A DNA stretch of 64,000 nucleotides, from contig CAZWWE010000001.1 in the NCBI GenBank assembly GCA_964637295.1, positions 121,808 to 185,807 on the forward strand, written 5' to 3'. Below, in pieces: positions 1 through 8,845 of this stretch. The stretch comes from an uncultured Pseudomonadales bacterium (GTDB lineage: Bacteria > Patescibacteriota > Microgenomatia > UBA1400 > PJMF01). Every line of letters starts with the position of its first letter. Within the stretch, counting starts at the first letter, position 1. Position numbers and translations under genes: made by a program. The notes below the pieces were generated by a model. The model ran no database searches. It saw nothing but the letters and a program-made list of their open reading frames with translations, and was not told the DNA's origin.

Positions 1-1481
1 GAAAGAACAACAAATTTCTCGCCATCAGACATCAAACCCATCGCAATCCCTGCCACTGGTTTTTTGATTGGTACTCCCGCGGCCATCAGAGCCATGGTGG
101 AACCACAAACCGAAGCTTGAGAAGTAGAACCATTGGAACTCATGATGTTACTGACAACATGAATGGTGTAAGGGAATTCTTCTTGACTTGGTACCATTGG
201 TAGAAGTGCTCTCTCTGCGAGGGCACCGTGACCAATTTCACGTCTCTTGGGATAACCAATACGCCCAGCTTCACCAGAAGCATAAGGTGGCATATCGTAA
301 TGATGGAAATAATGACGAGTTTGTTCGCCGGCCATATCTTCCACCAATTGTCCAAGAGAAGGATCACCAAGAGTCACAACTGTGAGAGCTTGAGTGGCAC
401 CACGCTTGAACATCGCACTACCATGAACTCTAGGTAATAAATCGACTTCACACCAAATTGGTCTGATTTCAGTGGTATTACGACCATCTGGACGAATACC
501 ATCTTCGAGAATCATGCGACGAGCTTCATCCTTCATTAAGTCATGGAAAATGCCATTCAACATTCCCTCACTTAATTCACTGACTTCACCTTCGGCTAAT
601 TGAGCCTGATCTTCTTCTAAAATTTTAGCCACTAATTCTGATAAACCAGTTGGCTCCAAACGACCTTCTTTGTTAACCATCTCGTTGATTTCTTGTTTGT
701 AGGTGTTGGCCATGCGATCAACAATAGCTTGTTTAGCAGCGACTTTTTCTGGATCTTCGCTGTCTACCAAAACGAGCTTTTCTTTACCAACTTCAGCGGC
801 AATGCTTGTGATTTGCTCACAAATTTTAGTAGCTTCTGCTTGAGCTTTCAAAAGTGCTTCGATCATCACTTCTTCAGCAACTTCATTGGCACCAGCTTCC
901 ACCATTACAATAGAATTTTTTGAGGCAGACACGATTAGATCTAAATCGTTTTTCTCAATCTGACTGCGTAAAGGATTAATAATGAATTGCTTATTTTCAT
1001 CTAAACCAAGACGCATACCAGCCACTGGACCGTCAAAAGGAATATCGGAAATTTGCAGTGCCAATGAAGCACTTACAAGACCGATCATATCTGGTTCATT
1101 TTCACCATCATAAGACAAAACAGTGCTAATGACCTGCACTTCGTTAGTAATACCATCTGGGAAAAGTGGACGCATGGTGCGGTCAATGACACGAGCGCGA
1201 AGCACGCTGTCATCAGTAGGACGACCATCACGCTTTACCCAGCGAGAACCTTTGATAATACCACCAGCGAAAAGTTTTTCCACAAATTCAACTGATAAAG
1301 GGAAATAACCTAAATTGACTTTTCTACCCAAGGCAACAGTGGTATGAACCACAGTTTCACCACAAGTGGCCAAAACAGCAGCGCTGACTTGTTCACTAAA
1401 TTTGCCAATTTCTAAATGAATGACCTTGTCACCCACTAGAAGATCTTTCTTATAAGTATTTCCATACTTTGGATAAGACAT
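1..1481 (-). CDS. pnp: polyribonucleotide nucleotidyltransferase (PNPase), N-terminal ~493 aa; 3' end lies beyond window start
   Basis: My own minus-strand translation from the ATG at 1479-1481 reads MSYPKYGNTYKKDLLVGDKVIHLEIGKFSEQVSAAVLATCGETVV... with typical PNPase RNase-PH domain motifs. It follows rpsO as in the canonical rpsO-pnp operon. It is absent from the ORF track because the ORF runs off the window edge. Confidence 0.85.
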   Translation of the reverse strand, partial: MSYPKYGNTYKKDLLVGDKVIHLEIGKFSEQVSAAVLATCGETVVHTTVALGRKVNLGYFPLSVEFVEKLFAGGIIKGSRWVKRDGRPTDDSVLRARVIDRTMRPLFPDGITNEVQVISTVLSYDGENEPDMIGLVSASLALQISDIPFDGPVAGMRLGLDENKQFIINPLRSQIEKNDLDLIVSASKNSIVMVEAGANEVAEEVMIEALLKAQAEATKICEQITSIAAEVGKEKLVLVDSEDPEKVAAKQAIVDRMANTYKQEINEMVNKEGRLEPTGLSELVAKILEEDQAQLAEGEVSELSEGMLNGIFHDLMKDEARRMILEDGIRPDGRNTTEIRPIWCEVDLLPRVHGSAMFKRGATQALTVVTLGDPSLGQLVEDMAGEQTRHYFHHYDMPPYASGEAGRIGYPKRREIGHGALAERALLPMVPSQEEFPYTIHVVSNIMSSNGSTSQASVCGSTMALMAAGVPIKKPVAGIAMGLMSDGEKFVVL

Positions 1482-1643
1482 ATTTTTCTTTCTTGCTCTT
1501 TTTTAGAGCGATTTTGAAAACTAAAGAGGGAATGAGTATTCTGAAAAGAAGAGAAAAAATTCTCGCCTTTTTTGAATCCTCCAAAACCCTTTTGAGTTTT
1601 CTATTAAATAACTTCGTTCATTATAACACGATAAAGGTAAAAA

Positions 1644-1669
1644 CCCGGCTCAAGAGCCGGGTTTTAAGA
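1644..1669 (-). terminator. rpsO-pnp intergenic hairpin (attenuator/terminator-like, AAAACCCGGCTC-aa-GAGCCGGGTTTT)
   Basis: Perfect GC-rich inverted repeat flanked by an A-run and a T-run, 19 nt downstream of the rpsO stop and upstream of pnp. E. coli has an rpsO terminator/RNase III hairpin at the same relative position. Confidence 0.55.
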
Positions 1670-1687
1670 TTTTAAAAATATTAGAGC

Positions 1688-1957
1688 TTATTTACTCAAA
1701 CCCAATTTTTCAATCAATTTACGATATCTGTCTTCACTTCTGGAAAGCAAGAAATTTAATAGACGACGTCTCTTAGAAACTTGCTTGAGCAAACCTTTGC
1801 GAGAGTGGTTGTCTTTTTTGTGCAACTTTAAGTGTTCAGTTAACTGTTCTATAGAAGCAGTTAAAAGAGCCACCTGTACCTCTGGGGATCCAGTATCACC
1901 TTCAAAAAGAGCGAAGTCTTTGATGATTGAAGCTTTACGTGTGTTTGCTAATGCCAT
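1688..1957 (-). CDS. rpsO: 30S ribosomal protein S15
   Basis: 89-aa [36 protein letters not shown]... with typical S15 sequence and size. Confidence 0.95.
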   Translation of the reverse strand: MALANTRKASIIKDFALFEGDTGSPEVQVALLTASIEQLTEHLKLHKKDNHSRKGLLKQVSKRRRLLNFLLSRSEDRYRKLIEKLGLSK

Positions 1958-2009
1958 AATTTCCTTTCACCTTTATCTATCTAGTGCTTCGAACCAAATA
2001 GAAAAGTAA

Positions 2010-2046
2010 GCATTAATTGATAACAGGGATATTATAAATCCTACCA
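2010..2046 (-). promoter_or_regulatory. candidate sigma70-type promoter for rpsO (TAGACT-N17-TATAAT on minus strand)
   Basis: Minus-strand read tagacTTTTTCTCTGGTAGGATTtataat lies ~70 nt upstream of the rpsO ATG. Sequence-only prediction. Confidence 0.3.
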
Positions 2047-2056
2047 GAGAAAAAGT

Positions 2057-3562
2057 CTAGTTTTCTTTTTTGTAAGCAACAATAAGATCGCCAATTTGAA
2101 AATCGAGTTTTTTATTTTTAAAAGTTAAGCCACCTTCATTCTTAGTACCAATGCGATCAATTTCGTCTTTACCATGTTTCATGGTTTTAAGAACCGGATT
2201 GGCAATAATTTCTTCACCCCTCTTAAGATGTAAGAGATCTGTTTTCTTCAATTCGCCAGTTTTAACTCTCACTCCAGCAATAGTTTCGCCTTTCATCTCA
2301 AAAATCTGTAAGATTTCGGCTTCACCAGTTACCACTTCATCAAAAGTCGCATCCATCAATTTGAGCATGCTTTGTTGAAGATCTTCGATCAGATGATAAA
2401 TAATGTTATATTCTTTGATTTTAACTCCCATGCTCTTGGCAATTTTTTTCTGGGTGTTATTCACTTTGACATTAAAAGCAATGAGTAAAACCTGACTATC
2501 ACGAGCCAATTCCATATCTTGTTCGGTAATTTGACCAACGCCGCAAGCAATCACTTCCACAGTTTCCTTGTCTAAACTTTGCAAAATTGCTTCCAACGTT
2601 CCTTTGACATCAGCTTTAATGACTAATTTAATTTTTTCTTTGTCACCAAGCATGAAATCTAAATCCATGTTCTCCCAATTAACTTCATCGCTTAAGCGGA
2701 AAGATTTTTCGAGATCGCCAGTTTTACTAAACTCTGCAGTTAAATCCTCATCGTAATTGGCATTAGCATCTCTGATGACGCTACCTACCTCTGGGACATC
2801 ACTTAAACCAATAATTTCAGCTGGTTCACCGGGTAAAACTTGATCCATGGCCTGACAGGCTTCATTTTGCAGCAAACGTACACGACCAGCGATATCATCA
2901 ACTACCAAATCTTGACGAGATTGTAGGGTACCAGAACGCACAATCACGCGAGCCACTGGACCTTTATTTTTTTCCATAGTTGATTCGATTACTACAGCTT
3001 CAAGAGGAGCAGTTGGATCAGCTTTGAGTTCTAATAAATCGGCCATAACAGTAATGGTTTCAAGTAACTTATCTACACCCAATCCAGTTTTGGCAGAAAT
3101 TTCCACAGCTTCGATATCACCACCATATTCTTGTAATAAAACATCGGCTTCAGCCAATTGACCCTTAACCACTTCTAAATGTAAATCTGGTAAATCAATT
3201 TTATTGATTGCCACGATGAAAGGCACCTTGCTTTCCTTAATAAAGCGAATCGATTCTAAGGTTTGAGGCTTGACCCCATCATTGGCTGCCACTACCAAAA
3301 TTACCAAATCTGTAACCTGAGCTCCACGTTGACGCATTTTATTAAAGGCTGCGTGACCTGGAGTATCAATAAAAGTGACTTTTTGACCTTGAAAATCAAT
3401 CTGGTAAGCTCCAATATGTTGAGTAATACCACCTGCTTCGCGAGCAGCTAAATTAGAATGACGAATAAAATCCAAGAGCGAGGTTTTGCCGTGATCGACA
3501 TGACCCATAATGGTAATAATTGGCGCTCTTTTTTGTAGCATAATTTGTTGATCGCGAATCAA
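2057..3562 (-). CDS. infB: translation initiation factor IF-2, short form (G domain starts at the N-terminus; no N-terminal extension)
   Basis: 501-aa ORF with GHVDHGKTSLLD P-loop, DTPGH and NKID motifs. It lies immediately downstream of nusA. The track start is a TTG abutting the nusA stop; the first ATG is at 3541. Confidence 0.9.
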   Translation of the reverse strand: MIRDQQIMLQKRAPIITIMGHVDHGKTSLLDFIRHSNLAAREAGGITQHIGAYQIDFQGQKVTFIDTPGHAAFNKMRQRGAQVTDLVILVVAANDGVKPQTLESIRFIKESKVPFIVAINKIDLPDLHLEVVKGQLAEADVLLQEYGGDIEAVEISAKTGLGVDKLLETITVMADLLELKADPTAPLEAVVIESTMEKNKGPVARVIVRSGTLQSRQDLVVDDIAGRVRLLQNEACQAMDQVLPGEPAEIIGLSDVPEVGSVIRDANANYDEDLTAEFSKTGDLEKSFRLSDEVNWENMDLDFMLGDKEKIKLVIKADVKGTLEAILQSLDKETVEVIACGVGQITEQDMELARDSQVLLIAFNVKVNNTQKKIAKSMGVKIKEYNIIYHLIEDLQQSMLKLMDATFDEVVTGEAEILQIFEMKGETIAGVRVKTGELKKTDLLHLKRGEEIIANPVLKTMKHGKDEIDRIGTKNEGGLTFKNKKLDFQIGDLIVAYKKEN

Positions 3563-4810
3563 TTATTCGCGTTTTGCCTCTTCAGCTAAATATTCATCTA
3601 CTTTGACTAATAAGATTTTTTGATCAGCTTCACTCACTTCATTCATATTGACCCATTTATCTCTAAATCTAACCAAGTCAGCTAAAGTAGTTAATTTATG
3701 TTGAATCAAAACTTCTCTGGTGTCAGCTGACAGACCAAAAGTGTCAATCTCGTAATCTTCTTTACCAGTCACAGCTGATTGTACTTCGCCAGAAGCGGAT
3801 TTAATAGTAATTTGATAACCAGTTAACTTAGCGGCTAAACGCACATTTTGACCACCACGACCAATTACCAAAGATAGTTGATCATCTGGAGCAGTGACAA
3901 TCACCATTCGATTTTTATCATTAATTTCTAACTTCAAGCCTTCGGCCGGAGCTAGGGCAGCTTGTAGTAAAAGTCTAGCGTCAGCAGAGTAAGGAATAAT
4001 ATCAACTTTTTCATTATTTAATTCTTCGATCACTTTCTGCACACGTACACCACGTTGACCCACACAAGAACCAACTGGATCAACTCCTTCTTGAGTTGAT
4101 TTAACAGTTAATTTAGTGCGTACACCAGCTTCACGAGCAATGGCGACAATTTCCACTGCGCCAGAAGCTACTTCTGGCACTTCACGCTCAAAAAGTTTGC
4201 TGACTAATTCGGCACTAGCACGAGTGACAATAATTTGTTCACCACGTACAGTTTCGCTGATTTCTTTGATCAAGACAGCCAAGCGTTGATTGAGACGATA
4301 GAATTCGCCACGCATTTGCTCTTCTGGGGGCATAAATGCTTGACCACGACCAATATCTAAAATAACACTGCGGCCTTGCATGCGCAAAACTTGACCAGTC
4401 ACCACTTCACCAATACGATCACGATAAGCAGCGATAATAGTATCTTTTTCACTTCTTCTAATGCGTTGTAAGATTACTTGTTTAGCAGTTTGAGCAGCAA
4501 TACGACCAAAACCAGCTGGAGTCACATCTTCAGATTTTTTCTCATCCCATTCTAAGGGCTCGAGAGTTTCTTCATCCATTTTGGTGACTGGGGCTTTGAG
4601 AATACGAGCTGAGCCGTTATTTTTATCGAGATCAACGTAGTAATAGAAGCTTTCATCAAGATCACCAATTTGTTTACGATAGGCAGAAACCAAAGCTTGG
4701 CGAATGGCTTCATAAATATCTTCTGGATCAATTTTGCGCTCTGTAGCAATTTGCGTAATTGCAGCGGCAAATTCGGTTCTGACTAAGTTAGCATTTTGTA
4801 CTGTAGACAT
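3563..4810 (-). CDS. nusA: transcription termination/antitermination factor NusA
   Basis: 415-aa ORF with NusA N-terminal, S1 and KH regions (…GRGGQNVRLAAKLTGYQI…), upstream of infB. Confidence 0.9.
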   Translation of the reverse strand: MSTVQNANLVRTEFAAAITQIATERKIDPEDIYEAIRQALVSAYRKQIGDLDESFYYYVDLDKNNGSARILKAPVTKMDEETLEPLEWDEKKSEDVTPAGFGRIAAQTAKQVILQRIRRSEKDTIIAAYRDRIGEVVTGQVLRMQGRSVILDIGRGQAFMPPEEQMRGEFYRLNQRLAVLIKEISETVRGEQIIVTRASAELVSKLFEREVPEVASGAVEIVAIAREAGVRTKLTVKSTQEGVDPVGSCVGQRGVRVQKVIEELNNEKVDIIPYSADARLLLQAALAPAEGLKLEINDKNRMVIVTAPDDQLSLVIGRGGQNVRLAAKLTGYQITIKSASGEVQSAVTGKEDYEIDTFGLSADTREVLIQHKLTTLADLVRFRDKWVNMNEVSEADQKILLVKVDEYLAEEAKRE

Positions 4811-4845
4811 AAATCCGTCACAAATTTATTTTTCTCTTCGGAAAT

Positions 4846-4913
4846 CACTTGAAGAAATACATTTCTTCAGGCGATTTAAATTCATCAAAAAAATAAATTT
4901 GCTCCTTTCTATA
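4846..4913 (-). promoter_or_regulatory. conserved leader module copy R1 upstream of nusA: TATAGAAAGGAGC box (4900-4913) plus 20-bp palindrome TGAAGAAAT-ac-ATTTCTTCA (4850-4869)
   Basis: Near-identical module is found upstream of groEL (29103-29172) and dnaK (8014-8080). The palindrome ends ~40 nt upstream of the nusA ATG. Confidence 0.45.
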
Positions 4914-5018
4914 TTTTTTTCTATTTTTTATTAGAATCTTAAGTATTTTGAAATAAGTCCGTTGAACGAGTGTGACATGACTTATTTTAAAGTACTGCAA
5001 GATGTCTGCTTATAAAAA

Positions 5019-5042
5019 AAGGACTTGTCTTTCAACAGTCCT
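5019..5042 (-). terminator. candidate rho-independent terminator after dnaJ (AGGACT-loop-AGTCCT followed by T7 on minus strand)
   Basis: 6-bp stem with 11-nt loop, followed on the minus strand by TTTTTTTAT, ~80 nt downstream of the dnaJ stop. Modest stem strength. Confidence 0.4.
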
Positions 5043-5118
5043 CCTCTTACAAAACAACTAACCGTATTATAACAAAAAAACCAGAAAAAACCAGCTAGAA
5101 CTCTAATAAAAAAACAAT

Positions 5119-5988
5119 TTAGAGACCAAGCTCTTTTAAATCCTCCAACAAAGATTTCTGTTCTCTACTTAATTTCTCTGGCACATCCACAATCAATCTC
5201 ACATATAAATCACCTTTACCGCGACTTTGCAAATGCTTAACTCCTTCATCTCGTAAACGAATCAAAGAATGAGAGGGCGTACCAGGTCTAACTTTGAGCT
5301 TAATTTTACCAGTGAGAGTCTCTATTTCAATTTGTCCACCTAGAGCAGCAGTGCTAAAACTAATTTTTTCATCAACAAAAACATCATAGCCATCACGCTT
5401 GAAACGCGGATGAGTGCCAACATCTATGGAAACATCAAAATCGGTAAAACGAATACGTGTTCCATTATTAGCACCAGCTGGCACCTTAATCTTTTGTCTT
5501 TTACCCTCAATTTCGACGTCTTTGGTGACACCATTAATCGCCTCCATGAATTCAATTTGGAGTGAATAATGTGGTCGACGTTTAGCTCGGCCACTAAAAC
5601 CGCCACCAAAAAATTGTTCAAAAATTTCAAAAGGATCGCCAAAATCAAATTCAGCGCCCTGACCACCACTAGCATAAGAAGACCAATTAAAACCACCAGC
5701 TTGCCCACTAAAACCACCAAAACCTCCAAAAGGCCCTTGCCCGCCGCCCATGCCAGAAGAAGGATCAAAGGCTGCATGGCCAAATTGATCATAAGTTTGC
5801 TTTTTCTTAGGATCGGATAAAACTTGATAAGCTTCGTTAATTTCTTTAAATCTGTCTTCAGCGCCGGTTTCTTTGTTACGATCGGGATGATATTTTAAGG
5901 CCATCTTGCGGTAAGCAGATTTGATTTCTGCGGCACTGGCAGTTTTGCTCACTCCTAAAACTTCGTAATAATCACGTTTAGCTGACAT
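5119..5988 (-). CDS. dnaJ: DnaJ-family co-chaperone (J domain + G/F region + C-terminal domains; no CxxCxGxG zinc-finger region)
   Basis: 289-aa ORF: J domain YYEVLGV…HPDRN, G/F-rich linker; last gene of the hrcA-grpE-dnaK-dnaJ cluster. No cysteine-rich repeats are present. Confidence 0.85.
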   Translation of the reverse strand: MSAKRDYYEVLGVSKTASAAEIKSAYRKMALKYHPDRNKETGAEDRFKEINEAYQVLSDPKKKQTYDQFGHAAFDPSSGMGGGQGPFGGFGGFSGQAGGFNWSSYASGGQGAEFDFGDPFEIFEQFFGGGFSGRAKRRPHYSLQIEFMEAINGVTKDVEIEGKRQKIKVPAGANNGTRIRFTDFDVSIDVGTHPRFKRDGYDVFVDEKISFSTAALGGQIEIETLTGKIKLKVRPGTPSHSLIRLRDEGVKHLQSRGKGDLYVRLIVDVPEKLSREQKSLLEDLKELGL

Positions 5989-6012
5989 AATTTAAATGAT
6001 TTAAGCAATATA

Positions 6013-6040
6013 AGAGGCGCTGGCTGTAGCCAGCGCCTCT
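6013..6040 (-). promoter_or_regulatory. dnaK-dnaJ intercistronic GC-rich hairpin (AGAGGCGCTGGCT-gt-AGCCAGCGCCTCT)
   Basis: Perfect 13-bp inverted repeat between the dnaK stop and dnaJ start; likely mRNA stabiliser/attenuator. The minus-strand downstream sequence is not strongly U-rich. Confidence 0.5.
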
Positions 6041-6054
6041 ACAAGTTTTTAATA

Positions 6055-7986
6055 TTATTCCTTAACTACTTCGCCTTCTTCCGCGTCTTTTTTCTGCGCA
6101 TTAGCAGCTGCTTCGTCAGTTTTTTTATTTTCACCAGCAGTGTCACTTTTTTTAGCCTCAGCTTGAGCTTGAGCAGCCTGGGCTTTTTGCATTGCTTCAC
6201 CAATTTTGGAAGCTGAAGCCATAGTAGCTTCAATCGCTTTATCTAGATCCTCTTTACTAACATCTTCTTTAGCAGCCATTTCTTTGAGTTTTTTGAGATC
6301 TTCTTCAATTTTCTCACGATCAGCACTTTCTAATTTATCACCATATTCCTTGAGTTGTTTTTCCATTTCAAAAACAATGCTACTGGCCTTGTTTTTGCTT
6401 TCAATCAACTCTTTTTTGGCTTTGTCAGCTTCAGCAAATTTTTCTGCCTCAGCTTTCATTTTTTCAACTTCTTCTTCAGAAAGATTGGTGCTATTGGCAA
6501 TGGTAATCTTTTGCTCTTTTGAAGAAGTTTTATCTTTAGCAGTGACGTTTAAAATACCATTGCTATCGATATCAAAGGTCACTTCAATTTGAGGTACGCC
6601 ACGCATGGCAGCCGGAATACCATCAAGAATGAAGCGTCCTAAACTCTTATTGTCGGCGGCCATTTCACGTTCACCTTGCAAAACATTGATTTCCACCTGA
6701 GTTTGATTGTCAGCTGCGGTCGAAAAAACTTGAGATTTGCTGGTAGGAATGGTGGTGTTTCTATCAATTAAAGGCGTACGAATCCCCCCCAAGGTTTCAA
6801 TACCCAAAGTAAGAGGCGTAACATCTAGCAATACCACGTCGTTAACATCACCAGAAATCACTCCAGCTTGCACAGCAGCCCCAATGGCCACCACTTCGTC
6901 TGGATTAACTCCCTTATGAGGTTCTTTGCCAAAAAACTCTTCAACCATCTTTTGCACTTTGGGCATTCTGGTCATACCACCTACCAAAACCACCTCGTTG
7001 ATATCTTTGGCTGATAACTTAGCGTCACTAAGAGCTTTTTTAACTGGCTCAATAGATTTTTTAATTAAATCATCGACCAATTCTTCTAGCTTGGCTCTAG
7101 TCAAAGTTAAGGTCAAATGCAAAGGTTGACCATCATCTCCTTGAGTAATAAAGGGCTGATTAATTTCGGTGCTGGCACTGGCAGATAATTCGATCTTAGC
7201 TTTTTCAGCCGCATCTTTAATACGCTGCATGGCTTGAGGATCTTTGGTTAAATCTTTACCTTGATCTTTTTTGAATTCACTGACAATCCATTCAATGATG
7301 GCACTGTCAAAATCATCACCGCCAAGGAAAGTGTCGCCATTAGTCGATTTCACTTCAAAAACTCCATCACCAATTTCCAAAATGGAAATATCAAAAGTAC
7401 CTCCGCCTAAATCATAAACAGCAATGGTTTGTGAACCTTTTTTGTCTAAACCATAAGCAAGAGCGGCGGCGGTAGGTTCATTGACAATTCTTTCTACTTT
7501 GAGACCAGCAATTTCACCAGCTTGTTTAGTAGCTTGACGTTGGGCATCATTAAAATAAGCTGGCACGGTAATCACGGCACGATCAACTTTTTCACCAAGA
7601 AAACTTTCGGCATCAGCTTTGGCTTTGGCCAAAATTTTGGCAGAAATTTCTTGTGGGGTATATTTTTTGCCATCAATATTAACCACAGCCATACCATCTT
7701 TACCCTCAACTACTTCGTAAGAAACATGTTTAATGGCTTGCTTCACTGCATCATCATTAAGCTTGCGACCCATAAATCTTTTGACAGAATTGACAGTTTT
7801 TTTAGCATTAAGAACCATTTGGCGTTTGGCGGGGTCACCCACGATCACGTCATTATTTTTGAAACCTACGATTGAAGGAAAAGTGTTGCGACCTTCGCTA
7901 GTAGGAATAATTACTGGACTGCCACCTTGCATGACTGCGATTGCAGAATTAGTAGTTCCAAGATCAATTCCAATGATTTTTGACAT
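6055..7986 (-). CDS. dnaK: molecular chaperone DnaK (Hsp70)
   Basis: 643-aa ORF with [18 protein letters not shown] and other Hsp70 signatures. Confidence 0.97.
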   Translation of the reverse strand: MSKIIGIDLGTTNSAIAVMQGGSPVIIPTSEGRNTFPSIVGFKNNDVIVGDPAKRQMVLNAKKTVNSVKRFMGRKLNDDAVKQAIKHVSYEVVEGKDGMAVVNIDGKKYTPQEISAKILAKAKADAESFLGEKVDRAVITVPAYFNDAQRQATKQAGEIAGLKVERIVNEPTAAALAYGLDKKGSQTIAVYDLGGGTFDISILEIGDGVFEVKSTNGDTFLGGDDFDSAIIEWIVSEFKKDQGKDLTKDPQAMQRIKDAAEKAKIELSASASTEINQPFITQGDDGQPLHLTLTLTRAKLEELVDDLIKKSIEPVKKALSDAKLSAKDINEVVLVGGMTRMPKVQKMVEEFFGKEPHKGVNPDEVVAIGAAVQAGVISGDVNDVVLLDVTPLTLGIETLGGIRTPLIDRNTTIPTSKSQVFSTAADNQTQVEINVLQGEREMAADNKSLGRFILDGIPAAMRGVPQIEVTFDIDSNGILNVTAKDKTSSKEQKITIANSTNLSEEEVEKMKAEAEKFAEADKAKKELIESKNKASSIVFEMEKQLKEYGDKLESADREKIEEDLKKLKEMAAKEDVSKEDLDKAIEATMASASKIGEAMQKAQAAQAQAEAKKSDTAGENKKTDEAAANAQKKDAEEGEVVKE

Positions 7987-8013
7987 AGCCTCATAAATTA
8001 ATTTTAAGACAGA

Positions 8014-8096
8014 GATGACTTGAATAAATACATTTCTTCACGTCATCAAAATGTCTAAAAAATCAATTTTTTCCTTTCTTTTTCAATTATATTTGT
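8014..8096 (-). promoter_or_regulatory. conserved leader module copy R3 upstream of dnaK: 34-bp palindrome GATGACTTGAATAAATACATTTCTTCACGTCATC (8014-8047), AGGAA box and TATAAT (8085-8096 region)
   Basis: Homologous to the modules upstream of nusA and groEL. The palindrome ends 28 nt upstream of the dnaK ATG. Confidence 0.4.
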
Positions 8097-8115
8097 TTTT
8101 AATTATTAACTTATT

Positions 8116-8142
8116 TTAGCAGACGCAAGCTTTGACTGCTAG
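8116..8142 (-). promoter_or_regulatory. CIRCE-like inverted repeat (minus-strand read CTAGCAGTC-N9-GTCTGCTAA) between grpE and dnaK
   Basis: 9-N9-9 architecture with 7/9 matches per arm to CIRCE consensus TTAGCACTC-N9-GAGTGCTAA. It lies upstream of the candidate internal dnaK promoter. Confidence 0.4.
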
Positions 8143-8150
8143 TAGCAATT

Positions 8151-8648
8151 TTAGGCTAAAATCACTTGAGCATGCTGAATCACTTCGCCATTTAACTTAT
8201 AACCCTTGCGCACTACTTCAGCGACTTTTTCGCCCTCACCTTTTTTGTCTACTACTTCCATCGTATTTAAATCAAATTTTTGACCCAAGACATCCAATTC
8301 TTCTAAACCAAATTCTTTTAATTCTTTCCAAAATTGAGCTATGACCATATTTAAACCCTGATTGTTAATGTTATCTGCCGCCATCGAAAGATGTTCTAGC
8401 GGTTGCAACAGTGCCTGACAAAAATCTTTATTGGCCATTTTGATAAAAGCCATACGCTCTTCTTGGCTACGACGCTGTAAATTTTGATAATCAGCCAAAG
8501 CTCTTTTTTCTCTCTCCAAAGACGCATTTAATAGAAGTTGCAATTCTTGAATTTTTCTCTGCTCTTCGCTCACCACTTCTGCAGATGAGTTTTGAGCAGT
8601 AGCTTGTTGGTTGTTTTTATTTTTCATATTAATTTTGATCTTTTTCAT
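8151..8648 (-). CDS. grpE: nucleotide exchange factor GrpE
   Basis: GrpE-like coiled-coil and C-terminal domain (…LQRRSQEE…NKDFCQALLQPLEHL…). The track ORF begins at a TTG at 8663; I place the start at the first in-frame ATG at 8648. Confidence 0.85.
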   Translation of the reverse strand: MKKIKINMKNKNNQQATAQNSSAEVVSEEQRKIQELQLLLNASLEREKRALADYQNLQRRSQEERMAFIKMANKDFCQALLQPLEHLSMAADNINNQGLNMVIAQFWKELKEFGLEELDVLGQKFDLNTMEVVDKKGEGEKVAEVVRKGYKLNGEVIQHAQVILA

Positions 8649-8674
8649 AATTTTTAATTTCAATTAAAGAAAAT

Positions 8675-8844
8675 TTTTACTCTTGGTATTTTAATAAAGA
8701 CCGTAGAAAGCGCTGAACAAAAACAAAAAATAAGCAATCATGCTCATAAGCAGCGCTTTCTCCGAATGAGAAAAAGATTGTCAACTTCAAAAAGCAACAA
8801 TTTTCGTCGAATGTGTCTCTTATTAAAGTACCAAGAGTAAAAAA
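8675..8844. repeat. structured intergenic element family, copy A (~170 nt; 27-bp terminal inverted repeat enclosing conserved core with AAGATTGTYAAYTT…TTTTCGTCGAAYGTGTC)
   Basis: Terminal arms 8675-8701 and 8815-8844 pair (TTTTACTCTTGGTATTTTAATAAAGAC / GTCTCTTATTAAAGTACCAAGAGTAAAA). The core is homologous to copies at 23740-23900 and 42167-42335. It fills the hrcA-grpE intergenic gap. Confidence 0.6.
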
Positions 8845-8845
8845 C

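Noticed and set aside
140-437. Small ORFs (140-370 -, 188-385 +, 228-437 +) from the six-frame track
   Set aside because: They lie inside or antisense to the pnp coding region, which gives a convincing PNPase translation on the minus strand.
4850-4869. Palindrome as an HspR HAIR box (CTTGAGT-N7-ACTCAAG)
   Set aside because: The half-sites CTTGAAG/CTTCAAG resemble HAIR only loosely. The spacing and inner sequence differ, and the motif also precedes nusA. It is left as an unassigned operator or RNA hairpin.
4900-4913. AGGAG in the conserved box as the ribosome-binding site of nusA/groEL or of an upstream leader peptide
   Set aside because: It is ~95 nt from the start codons. No conserved short ORF follows it in the three copies: an ATG is present only in the nusA copy, 16 nt downstream.
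5424-7996. Antisense/alternative-frame ORFs within dnaJ and dnaK (e.g. 5424-5792 -, 5569-5820 +, 6206-6592 +, 7522-7875 +, 7733-7996 +)
   Set aside because: They are fully embedded in strongly supported chaperone genes and have low-complexity translations typical of frame-shifted reading of conserved genes.
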